A stretch of DNA of 64,000 bases from Xylographa opegraphella (Eukaryota). Positions 23,689-36,186 of this stretch are shown piece after piece (the stretch's first letter is position 1; the number at the start of each line of letters is the position of its first letter). The notes beneath the pieces are model-generated. The model made no database searches. It saw only the letters and a program-made list of their open reading frames with translations, and had not been told where the DNA came from. The stretch lies in the NCBI GenBank assembly GCA_022813865.1, contig JALDZX010000027.1, forward strand, positions 124,001 to 188,000, in the 5' to 3' direction. A program made the translations under genes and the position numbers.

Positions 23689-25019
23689 ATGGATGAAACC
23701 GATGAGTCCATCTCAAGGATCGATTCCATCTTCACAATAATCCTAGAAAACCCCCCTAGCTGTATAGAATGGTCCCCATCATCACCCGATATCGTCGTGA
23801 TTGGCACTTATACCCTCAGCGAGCCCAACGACTCAAGCGAGGGCGCACAATCGCGAAGTGGCAGTCTGGTCATATACAGGCTGGTTGGCAAGAGCTTGTA
23901 CGGCTTGTCTCTCACGTAATCGTATCTGGGCGCTCGACTTCAATGTAGAGCTAAGTACGATCATTGGCCCATGTGCTGACCGAATGGCTTTTCTCCACCT
24001 GTAGGCAAATACTTCAGACAGTCCCTACGTCCGCGGCTGTCTTGGATCTACACTTCTCGCCGCATCGTTCCGAGGTCTTGGCTGTGGCGACTAGCACAGG
24101 CGTGGTCGAGATCTACCATTTGCGTGTTGTGGATAGCATGTATCTCGAGCGGTTACTGATCGTTCAGGCGTTTGATCCAGCCACATTGGTACTTTCCCTG
24201 GCGTGGCATCCGTCTCCTAAGAGAGCTACTGAAGTTGCAGTCTCTTTATCTGACGGTAATGTTGCTTTGCTTGACTATGCCAAGAACCCGTCTATTCAAG
24301 TTGTCAAAGAAGTACATGCGTTGGAGGCCTGGACTGTCTCGTGGTCAAGCCTCAGTAGCTTATCAGATGAGTGCGTGCTCTACTCAGGAGGCGATGATTC
24401 AGGCCTTCGAACTTTCCTTCCCGAGCAGCTGCGTAGCGATGTCGCATGCAACGATGGCGATACTGAAAGTGCTTCATCCGCTATCGCCCCTTTATTCAAC
24501 ACAAAAATCCATAGTGCAGGAGTGACAGCAATCCTGTCTCTCAAGCTCGCGGGACACTCGACACAGGAGACGGTACTCACAGGCAGCTACGATGAATACA
24601 TCAGAGTGCTCGCTCCAAGTCCCAAAGGCGTATGGAAGGTGCTCGCGGAGCGACGTCTTGGAGGCGGCGTGTGGAGACTAAAGCAGATACCCGGTCTCGA
24701 GAAGAGCGGCATGTCTTCTCCCACGCAAAGTACATTCCATATCCTTGCGAGCTGCATGCACGCTGGTGCAAGAGTTCTGCAGATCTGTAGAACAGATCAC
24801 GACACATGGTCGATCAACGTCCTCTACAAGTTCGAGGAACATGAAAGTATGAATTATGGAAGCGACGTTACTATACTACAGGACCAAGATGAAGGCAAGA
24901 ATCCGTTGATTATGGTTGTTTCGACGAGCTTCTATGACCGTAGGCTTTGTCTTTGGATGATTCCAAGCTTTAGTAATATATCGAATACTTCGGATATAAC
25001 ATTAAAAAGCATCACATAG
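23689..25019 (+). CDS. DPH7: Diphthine methylesterase Dph7/Rrt2 (WD40), 2 exons
   Basis: PPSCIEW...VVIGTYTL...QSRSGSL, HALEAWT, LYSGGDDS, HSAGVTAIL, LTGSYDEYIRV, LGGGVWRLK, LASCMHAG, EEHESMNYG, STSFYDRRLCLW. Confidence 0.92.
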
Positions 25020-25359
25020 TGTTTTGTATGGAAATTCTGATTCAGAAGACTGGTAGCTCAAATTTTACCGTTTGGAGATGTTAAATGGAAAGATGATGCA
25101 ACCAGCTACTCTCAAAACTGTCGAGCCGCTTCGGTTTCGAAGACGAATACATAATCTAGCTGAGCATTAACTTCAACGCAGCTGAATCCGCCAATTCTAG
25201 CAGACTCGAATCCTAATTCGTTGTTCTGTCGTAAATCAGGTGGCCTCGGCGCATCTGAGAGTCAGCTTTGGGGCCATTCATCTTCTGTCTTTGCGTGACC
25301 ATCAATCCACCCAGTAAGAGCGATGCTGATATCGCGACCGATACTCATCAGAAATACTG

Positions 25360-28300
25360 TCAAAGAAGTCCTTCCCAACCGGCAGCGACCCATGGCGCCA
25401 TCATAACAGCCCGCTGTGCATTAGCAGGCCGACTCGATCCTGCAAAAGCTTTGCCCAGAGCTTCCGCGTCCAGAGCTCCCTTGGGTGGCACGGAACCCAC
25501 AGCAGTCAGCAACACCATTTCCGTAGGAAATGCGTCATCGCTGAGCTCTGCAAGTTGGCTCCATCCATGCGGCTGGGACGGGGCTAGCATAACAGCTGTA
25601 GTGGCTTCGCCTATGATAACGCTTTCTCTGGTTTCAGTCCCGGGATGCGATATTGCTAGCGCAGCTAGAAGACGTCCGATTTTAAGCTGATACTGCTCGT
25701 CGAGGTCAGTCCTCGTTCTGAGATCATGTAGATCCGCTGTCACGGCTTCGGCGGTATCTTGATCGTCGTCAAGCATGGCGATAACTCCGAGAAGAATGAT
25801 GGCTCCGGCATGGCCAGGATATTTTTCCACGCAGTTGAAGAGCTGCTCTCGGGCGACATCACGTTCTTCGACCCCACCTTTTGCCCACAGGACTTGGGAG
25901 AGGATGCAGACAACATCAGGATTACCGTCTGTCTCTTCCAATGCTGCTCTGAACATTGTGATCGCCTTGTCCATCAACCCAGTATAGTGGTACGCCAGGC
26001 CTGCGGTTAGATGAGCGGACAGGCGGTACCGGTGGCAAGTATTGAATGCTTCAGAATTCGAGTCAAGGTCTGCGGACAAATCCAATGCAGTTTCCGCGTT
26101 CTCCACTGCCGCATCAAAATCTTGGGCTGCCAGGCAAGCTCGTGCAATATCAGCCTTGGCCTGTGCAAATCGTGCCAAGGACAATGACGACTCTGAAGTC
26201 TCATACTCCTCTTCCATCCTTGCGCATACAGCGCTTAAGCTCGCGATTGCTTCGTCACTTGCACTTATGCGTTCGCATAAAAGGGCTTGCAGGTGTTCGA
26301 AGACATAGTCTGTTGTGATCTGGGATTTGAGTTGATGCAGTGCAAATAATGGCTGCAGGATATCAGTGGTTCCGCTCGGCGACACTTGCTCTAGTGATTG
26401 GTCAAACGCAGAGGAAGCGTAGAGACGTTTAGTCACGATCGTGGAAGCATCAGCAATTTCAAAAGCATGAGCAAAAAGACTTCGGCTCTCCTTGACCTCG
26501 CCAAGTAGTAAGGCAAGAATGCCCTGGCCAAGCCACGCATGAGTGTATTCAGGATCTGCCGATTGTGCTCGTGTAAAAGCATCGTTGGCGAGCTGATTGT
26601 CGTGTTGGAGTAGGTAAAGGGCCCCGAGGTTTGTCCATACTCTTGCAGATTTATCGTTTAGATATAGACTTCGAACGAATGCATGTTGAGCCACCTTTGG
26701 ATTAAGCTGTGTAGTAACTACTGCCAGAGCGTTCCAGAACTCCGAATTCCCGGCCTCCAGCTCGATGGCTCTCTTAAAGCATCGGACTGATGCCTTGAGA
26801 TACACGGATCCGTTGTTTTTGGGACTCGCCGTGGAATCCTTACCCATAACAGAGTGTGCTCTGTACTCTGTCCAGCCTAGGTTATACCACGCGACGGCTT
26901 GAGCATGAACATCATGTACACAAGTATGAACAAGGCGTTTATGAGCAAGAATAGCCGCGTGGATGCATTGCTCCAGTGTGACAGGTGTTTGTTTGGTCGG
27001 ACACAATTGGTCCAAGGATGATGCGCCAACTTTATCGATATCAGACATCTGTTCGAACATTTCAACAGTTTTGTCATTACCCAGAACAGATCGCACCTCT
27101 TCAATCGGAAATCGATGAAGATATGCTTGCATCCATGAGAAAATAGCACATGCATCGCCTAATGCTTTCCACAGATTGAAAGCAGCCGGGCGGCCTTTGA
27201 CAACCACTGCAGCAACTGCAACTGCCTTGCCCGCACTTTCGGCGGCCTGACCAAAGTAGCCAAGCTCGATGCTGCACCAGGCACTCTCCACATGAGTCTG
27301 AAGTAGTGCAATCGTCACACCAAGCTCCGTGGGTCTCATCGACAGGACATCTTCATAACCCTGAGTTGCATCCTCGTAATCACCGAGCTCTCTCCTAACA
27401 TTTGCAAGCATGTATTTGCAGAACCAGGTGTCCTCTGCCTGAACTCCGCCTATACTGGTCTCTAGCTTTTGTGCCTGCTCAAAGGCCTTCGTCGCTGCAA
27501 TATATCGTCCCGAATTGTGATAACCTTCACCAAGGCCCACCCAGCACTGATAGTCGTCTGGAGAAATCCTCAATGCAGACTGAAACGAGACAATACTCTT
27601 TGCATAGTCCTGATTGTTCAATTGGCATACTCCTAGAGCAGCAAAAGGCCAGCTGATGCCCTTCCTTTTCGAGCCAGGTGGGGGTCTGATTTTTCCAGAA
27701 TCAACGACTCGTTGTGCAACGACTTCTACCAAGTCCCACTCGCGCTGATCAGCAAAAGCTCTGGCGAGCCTTTCGGCCGCTTCAACTTCTGATGATGATA
27801 ACTCGAAAGCTTTCTGAAAGCACTTCCGCGAACGCTTCTTGTCTTTTGCATAATCCGCATAATAGATACCCAGGATTGTGTACGATGGCGCATAATTCAA
27901 GTTGGCTTGTAGCGAGCTCAAAAATCGAGCGTACGCTCCAGCCCTGTCCTTCCGAGCCCTTTTCGATGGGTCAAGATTCCATATGCACATTCCGATGCGA
28001 TATAGGGTTTGTGCTCTAAGGGACTTGGTCTTGACATCGGCCTTCTCAAGCTCAGGGAGACAGGCTTCGAGCTCCTTGAGACTCGTGCCATGGTCACCCG
28101 TCATAGCTTTGCACCATGCATATTCTGCCTTTACTTTCACGTCTGTGGATTGCTTTAGGGCCCTAGCCAAAGAATCAGTGGCACCCTCGTAATCATCTTC
28201 CTCCTCTAGAATCAATCCGAGTCCGATCAGTGCTGATGTGTTCACTGGTTTGCGCTCGAGTATGTTTTCGAACAACGACCTTGCTTCCGGATGATTTCTT

Positions 28301-29707
28301 GGAGATTGGTAATGTATAAGTGCTGTCGCGAGTATTACGTTCACCGCATCAAGATTGTCCCGGAACTGGAGCCCAGAAACTTGAGCCTCAAGACTGATCT
28401 GTTCCCTCGCTTTCTTTGCAGAGTCTACTGCACTGGCATACTCATCCAGGAACGTATAGTACTCTGCCATTAATCTTTGAGATAATACCGATCTAGGGCT
28501 TTCCTCGGCGCCTTCGGACATCAACAATAGTCGATCGTCTGCTGTCATTATCGTCATTTCATCCTCGTCACTGTCATCGGTGCTTTGTTTGATCTGCTGT
28601 GGAAATGGTGAGATTTCACTACTCAGGTATGCCCTAAGTACTTTACTCAATCCATCGCTTGAAAATAGCTCAGTATACTCCCGAAGGAGTCCAACGTCAT
28701 ATGACTCTATGACCTCCCTGTCTTTCCATTCCAAAGTAACCATCCATGCCAAAGCAAATGGATGCTTAAGGATGACCAGCCCTTCCGCGGACTTCACTAC
28801 CTGAGCACGCTTAGCCTCCTTTTGCTTTGGAGGGAGGACAGCTAGCGTATCGTAGGCACGCTGGAGAGCCTTCTCCTCGTATAATCTTCGTAAATCGTCA
28901 TCACTGGTCCAGTCGATTATACAACCGTATAGGTATTCCAAATTACTGCCTTGAAAGACTTCACGTTTGACCTCCATCGTAACTTGTCCTATCTTAGCAC
29001 CTAGTCTGGTGCGGCGTTCGCCAATCTCCTTGTTGATTCGCTCTTTTTCCTCAGCTTCAGTTATCTCCACCACCTTGGTGTAGATATAATCCGGTTTGGG
29101 AAAACGACCTTCAAGATAGTCATACAGCGAGCTCGTGGGCAGCATCATTTCTAGAGCATGCTTGTACTGAGACCGGGTGCCATGTTGCTTTGCAAAACCT
29201 ACATATTTATCTATAACAGTTTGGCACCGTTCCTTATCATCCCTGTCACGGTCAAAGAGTCAGTCTCCGCCGTTTCCAGGGCAGGAATAATGGCAATAAC
29301 AACGATAGCGACAATCATGACAAGCACATACATTGCCATCAAACATTGCGCCAAATGGATAGCCGCGTCGCCATACTGGTCGATTTTCTTCCCCGCCTGC
29401 TTCTCATACAGCGTGATAAATCCCTGCCATACTAGAGGATCGTTCGGCTTGAGTTTGGCCGCAACCTCGTAGACCCTTTCAGCTTCATCATTCTTGTTTT
29501 GCTTGTCACACGCAAGGCCTAGAAATACGTTGCTATATAGCTATGGTCAGAAACCGAACCGTACGAGTCTAAGTCCAGCTTGACTGACGCGTGGTAGTTG
29601 TTTGGATCTACATCGAGCACCTTCTGAGCCTCGTTAGCTGCTGCTGCGTACTGATGCCCATCTAGAGCAGCTTTGGCAGCTTTCAAAGCCGCTTTCGTAT
29701 TTGACAT
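25360..29707 (-). CDS. SKI3: Superkiller protein 3 (TPR scaffold of the SKI complex), 3 exons
   Basis: N-terminal TPR KAALKAAKAALD...DPNNYHA, INKEIGERRTRLGA, RSRKCFQKAFELS, SIVSFQSALRISP, WVGLGEGYHNSGRY, AQRAVMMAPW. Confidence 0.95.
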
Positions 29708-30207
29708 GGTGGTCTCTCAATTCCATGAGGCAGTTTGGCAGTATATCAGCTGATTATCCGTCTTTCAGGGAATAGCAGCACTGCTCCCATTGGGGATATC
29801 AATTGTGGATGAAGTTGATGGTATTGACCCTAAAATTACGGAGCACCATTTATGGTCCGTATTAGAGCCAATAGTATCCTAGCGCGATCGGAAAGTCTAG
29901 ACTGTCCGAACCAGGAGGATCAATGATCCGCTCCGGCTGTGCTTGCTGAAGAACGTCATTACAGAGATCAGCATGAGCAGGGGCCAATGCCTCTGTCGAG
30001 TAAGGCAGAGTCCCTAAGGTACTATCTATCTATGGGGAGGCGACCTCGCATTCAAGAAAGCTAACACGAGACAGTCACCTCGATCTCCGTGAAATTGAAT
30101 CTTCTCGTCCCCTTCTTCACCCCGTCTGGAAACCCTGAAGTGCTTCGGACCCAGTTTGCATCTACATCTAATTATATAAGAGGCCTTGTCCTCCGTCTCA
30201 ACAGTGA

Positions 30208-32615
30208 ATGGCACCACTTCGATTGTCTATTGAAGGGCGAATTTTCCGCGATGCCAAAGGACGAGAGGTTACTCTACGAGGTATAAATTGCGCCGGGGAT
30301 GCCAAGTTCCCTCTAAAGCCAGAAGTTCCTTCTCATATCACTGAAGGCTTCTTTGAGGGCGATGAGCTATCCTTTGTTGGCAGGCCATTTTCCGTTGAAC
30401 AAGCGCATACGCACTTCTCCAGGCTGAAAAGATATGGCTACAATGCTATACGCTATGTGTGGACTTGGGAAGCCGTGGAGCATGCAGGTCCAGGGCGGTA
30501 CGACGAGGAATGGATACAACATACAATAAAACTCCTCCGGCTGGCAAAGGACTATGGCTTTTACATATGGATGGATCCCCATCAGGATGTTTGGTCCAGA
30601 TTCAGTGGTGGTTCTGGAGCACCGATGTGGACTCTCTATGCTGCGGGGCTGAATCCACGCGCCTTTGCTGCAACTGAGGCGGCCATAGTGCACAACACAT
30701 ACCCAGATCCAGCCAAGTTCCCTAAGATGATTTGGTCGACCAACTATACCCGTCTTGCCGCCCAAGTCATGTTCACTCTTTTTTGGGCAGGTAAGGATTT
30801 TGCGCCGAAAGCAATTATCAATGGCAAGAATGTCCAAGATCTTTTACAAGGCTACTTCATTGCTGCTTGCCGACATCTCGCACAACGGATACACGAAGCT
30901 GGGGATCTTGAAAATGACGTTGTGATTGGTTGGGAAAGTATGAACGAGCCGAATAGAGGGCTACTTGGCTGTCCAGATCTTTCAGCAATACCCGCGGACC
31001 AACAACTACAGAAGGGAACTTCACCCACCGCATGGCAAGCGATTCTGACCGGGTCAGGAAGATCATGCGAGATTAACACTTGGGATTTCGGCGGCCTCGG
31101 ACCATACAAATCGGGAACTCAATTAGTGGATCCAAAAGGAGAAACAGCGTGGTTACCAGCAGACTACGATGATTCACGATATGGCTGGAAAAGGGACCCA
31201 GGCTGGAAGTTAGGGGAATGTCTCTGGGCACAACATGGCATCTGGGATCCCACCAATGATGTGCTCCTTAAAAAGGATTATTTTGCGAAGGACCCCAAGA
31301 CGAACGAGAAACTGGACTACGAGTATTTTACGAACAATTATTTCATGAGTTATTATCGAGCACACCGGGCCGCCATCACAAGTGTACATACCGATGCAAT
31401 CCTCCTCTGCCAGCCTCCAGTGCTAGAAATACCGCCTTCACTGAAGGGTACAAAAGATGACGATCCCAACATGGTATACGCGCCACATTATTATGATGGA
31501 GTTACACTTATGACAAAGAAATGGTACGAAGACTCGTCTCAGCATCATGCAATATTATTGACATTTAGACAGGAATCGATACTGGAACGTCGATGTGTTC
31601 GGTCTTCTGCGAGGGCGATATATGTCACCAGCATTCGCCATCAAAGTAGGCGAAACGGCAATTCGCAATTGTTTCCGAGATCAACTTACCGCGATAAGGA
31701 AGGAAGGTATGGACTATATGGGTATCCATCCATGCTTATTCACAGAAATCGGTATACCCTACGACATGGACGACAAATATGCATACAAGACCGGCGACTA
31801 CACCAGTCAAGCGCTCGCCATGGACGCCAACCATTTCGCACTGGAGGGCTGTGGCGCCAACGGGTACGCATTGTGGGTGTACACGACTCAAGTCCGTATT
31901 TTCCGCCTCCTCCCTCCATGATATCGCTGACTAGTCCCAGAACAACCACGAATGGGGCGACAACTGGAATGGTGAAGACCTTTCCATATTCTCCGTCGAC
32001 GACAAACCCCTCCCCCTCTCCCCGCACGCCAAATCAGACGATCCTACCCGCTCAACCAATATATCCACCGCCTCCCTCGACCACACCTCGCCCTCCTACT
32101 CACACTCCCGCTCCTCGGACAGCCAGTCCCCCATTACGCAATCCAACCTCAAAACCACCCTCTCCCACCCCTCCATGTCCTCCACCCGTTCCACCACTCC
32201 CGCGGCCCTTGCCTCCAACCCCGGCTTCCGCGCCGCCGAAGCCTACGTGCGTCCCAGCCCCATCGCCACCGCCGGCAAAGTGCAGTCCTACGGCTTCGAC
32301 CTCCGCAACGCAACCTTCACCCTGACGCTCCACAGCGACACGCCCTGCACCGAGGACGCGCCCACGGAGATCTTCCTCCCGGAGTTTCACTTTCCCGCCG
32401 ACAACAGCACCATTGACGTCACCAGCGGGAAATGGACGCTGAACGTGGATGACGAAGACGGAGGCCTCATTCAGCGCTTCCGCTGGTGGCACGGCACCGG
32501 CGAGCAGAAGGTCAGCGTTAAGGGCGTGCAGCGGCGGCAGGGCATGGCGCTGGGTAAGGAGGAAGAGGAGGGCTATCTGGATCAGTGCCAGCAGAGCCGG
32601 TGCGCGCTCATGTGA
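30208..32615 (+). CDS. EGH1: GH5 ergosteryl/steryl-beta-glucosidase (Egh1/Sgl1/EGCrP2 type), 3 exons, ends CALM
   Basis: GREVTLRGIN, WEAVEHAGPG, MDPHQDVWSRFSGGSGAP, acid/base ESMNEP, APHYYDG, nucleophile FTEIGIPYDM, WGDNWNGEDLS, GFRAAEAYVRP. Confidence 0.9.
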
Positions 32616-33752
32616 GTGCCTTGGTTGGTGGGCTGTGCATCGCGAAATGGCGTTTGGAAAGCGTAGCGTCGGCGAGGGTGTGGTGTCGATGGGGGAACGT
32701 GCGTTGTGGGGAACTAGGGTGTTGGTGTACTTATTCCTATTCTTATCTTGTGGGTAGCATATTCTTCCGTTCGTTTGTGACAAGAGCCTCGGTCTTGTTG
32801 CTGGTGAGGCTGTGGTGAATCGATGGGGTGGATGGGGTTGGTATTCTCTATCTGTCCCTCATGCGTACCTCCGCTCACCCCCCTCCCTACCCATATCCCC
32901 TCCCCCCCAGCAATTTCCCTCCCTCCTCCTCCCCTACCTCTCCACCACCCCCATTCCGTAGCGTCCCAGAACCCCCAATCTTGCAACACTCCGCTACAGC
33001 CAGTCGCAAACGGGCAACGAGGCAACGCGGAGAAATGCTACGTTGGAGAGTACGGCACAGAGGGCAGTTGTGGACCAGAATGGGGATGGGTATTGTATCC
33101 GGGAGAGCGGTAAGTCAGGGGTGGGAATGGAGAATTGGAGGATGGGGATTTAGCGAGGCTGAGGCTAGAAAGGAAGATAGGGCGAAGAGGGGATAGGGGA
33201 TGAATGGGGAGTGTAGGAGGGCTGGGAGGAGCGGGTTGTATGAGGACGAGACGTGGCGGTCGTGAGGATCTAGAATGGACGGTAGGGAAGTACTGGCGGT
33301 GGGTGATAATTATGTAGATGTCGGTCGAAAGCATGTCCACTTGGCCACTTGACATGACGCTGATAGTCAGAAGAAACGATACCGAATAGGATTCCAGGTC
33401 GTCAATCTACTCTAGGCAGTCTAGCAACTCTATCGAAGGTAAAGGTATCTAGCAACAACGCCACGGCCAACGACCAACGAAGCCACCAAGAGTCTCCACA
33501 AACCCTATCGCGGTCCGACCAAGAACAACAAAGCCAAGCCAGCAAAACTGTTGAAAGCGCTTCCAACCGAGCAAAGTAATGCGACCCTCCACCAACAAGA
33601 GCCTACCGCGCTTTTTGAACGGCAGGAACGAAAAGAAGATTGTGAGCTTGAGCGAACGCCACGACTGCGGTATCACGCGCTCCAAACTCCCGTGATTTTG
33701 CCACGCGAACGATTCTTGGTAACGACTGCGTATGCACAATATGTACGATGTA

Positions 33753-36186
33753 TCAATAGCCGACGATGGCGGCCTGGTCTGTCATTCGATTGAAGGTTTC
33801 CCATGGAGTCAGAGCGCCCAGAGCGCGCTTCATGTGGACATTCACGATGGTCAACCCGTAGACGTAGCTCGCGTTGACCCACCCAAAGCTATATGCGTGT
33901 CAGCCAGTTTGTCTTAGAACAGAATGAAGCACTGGGTTTGAGAGAAACATACCCTTCCCTAGCAACACCCTTGAAATCACTTCCTTGATTTCCGTACTCG
34001 GCATCAACCTTGTGAGGATCAATGGGTCGGGTAACATCATACTTTTCAACTACTACCCCGTTGAAGTCAAAGAAAGCTTTGGTAACCATATAAAGCCATT
34101 TGTACGCAAGTCTTTCTGCTTCTTCTGTATAGCCATATCGTAGTAGTCCAGTCCAGGCAAGAATCTGCTGAGGGGCCCAGCCGTACGGATAATCCCATTG
34201 ACGATTAGGGCGACTTAGACCGGTGATACCTCTAGATTCTTCCGTACCCGAGACCAGTCCACCAAAGGCCTCAAATTTAGGCAGTGCTTGGATTACCATG
34301 GATGCAGCTTGCCGCGGTGTTGCAGCGCCAGACCACATTGCCCAGAATGTAGTAGCGCTTTCGTAGTGCATTTGCTCTTGCTTCACAGTATCATAGTCGA
34401 AGTACATCCCCTTCTTTTCGTTCCAAAGATATTTATCTATCGCAGCGCGCCTTTTCTTGGAGCGTCGATCCCAAACAGCTGATGTCTCGAATTGCTCTGG
34501 CGTCATACCCGCTGCACAAAATTGAGGGGGCATGTATAGCTTGTCCCCAAAGAAAACATGAATTGTCCGTGCAATGTCTACTTCATATTTGTAAAGGAGT
34601 GAATTAAGGTCAATGGTGGCCAGGTTGGCAGCTACCTTCTCAAGACGATAAGAGGTATCATGTCCCGACTCTCGAACAGCTCGATCATGTAGGAAGTACT
34701 CGTCTAGCTCGGGCTCTTCGATTGAACAACTGTTATAAGCAATAACAAATTCTTCATTGGACATACCGTGCTTCTCGGCATATGGTTTCAGGATATGCGT
34801 AAAGTGAGATGACTCCGTTTCTGGGGGCACTCCGACTCCAACAGGGCGGTATCGGGATAAACCAGTAATAGGATCGAGTCTGGGCTCCGCCATCCAGATT
34901 CCATGGTATTCTTTGATGGCTGCCCGTATTGCCATTTTCAAAAAATCCAAAGCATCAGGCTCTGTCTTTATCTTTTCGTAAACGCGTAGGGCCATATCCG
35001 TCAGAAAGGGAGGTTGACTACGGCCAAGGTAGTAGGATCGGTTAGCATTGAAAATCTTTCCGTAATGCTGGATACAGAAACAGAAGTTCAATACCATCGA
35101 TTTGGCAAGATCAACACGATCGTTAATGAGAAGACCAATCGACTCCATGTAACTATCCCATCCATAAAACTCATTGAATCTTCCGCCCGGTACAACAAAA
35201 GGCAAGCCCCTCAGATCTTTCTCCCCTGTTTTAGGGTCTGTGTACTCCTCCATTGCCACTGCGAGTAGTCCCGGTTTATCGTTGAGGTCTCTGACAAATT
35301 GTCCTGTAATCTCCTCACTCAGCAACCACTGGACATCCAGCCGAATCTCTGGCCGTTCTTTGGCCAGACGTGTGTAGTACTCATACTGCTCAGGTGCCCC
35401 TTGAGGCACATATATTCTGGGCCTTGGATCCGGAGTCCAGTCCTTCGGGTCCAACCCAACTTTCTCAATAACACTCCCATCTATTCGTCGAGTGAGATTA
35501 TCCCAGAACGAGGTCTTGATCAAGCGTGAAAGACGGCTGACTGGGTTCTCGTTAAGACGTGACTCATCGAGCACAATCTGCTTCCTGCCAAACCCTTGAG
35601 CGATCGTCAGTTCTTGGAGGAGATTAGAGAGCATGTAGGTGCCGCGAATGTCGAATTGGTTGAAGCCATTCGAGGCAAATGTACCCAGTCGGAGTACCTG
35701 GGAGTGTCAGAACCCAATTACCCTTCGTACTGAATCGTTCTACTATACCTTGGGACCATCATCCTCAATCGTGATTTGCATGTTACCATCTGTATCTTCC
35801 CTCCGTAGGAGTTCTTTCAGTGTGGAATCCACAGGAACAAGAAACCTCCTTGGCTCCTGCCCAGAATTGTCTAATCGTCTTTGTGATTAGCGCTCAGTAG
35901 TTGTGTGATGGCCATATCGGCAACACCAACCAAGGCTAGCTCTCCGGGTTGGTGGACGTGTCTCGTCGGCAAGTGCATTACGGGTGCCTGCTGGCTCAAA
36001 GATCTGAATGCAATCTGGTTATGACATATGATTGATGAGTTGAAGATTGGGGCATCATACAGAAGAATTGGCTCGGATCTTGGGTCGTCTAGCCAGACCG
36101 TCCTGGCCATAGTAGATGTGAGCAGCGCTGTACGGGTCCAATTCGCCCGAGCTTCGTCGTATGTTGCGAGCGTATGGCGATTTCAT
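33753..36186 (-). CDS. NTH1: Neutral trehalase (GH37) with Ca-binding motif and PKA-type sites, 5 exons
   Basis: [89 protein letters not shown]. Confidence 0.96.
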
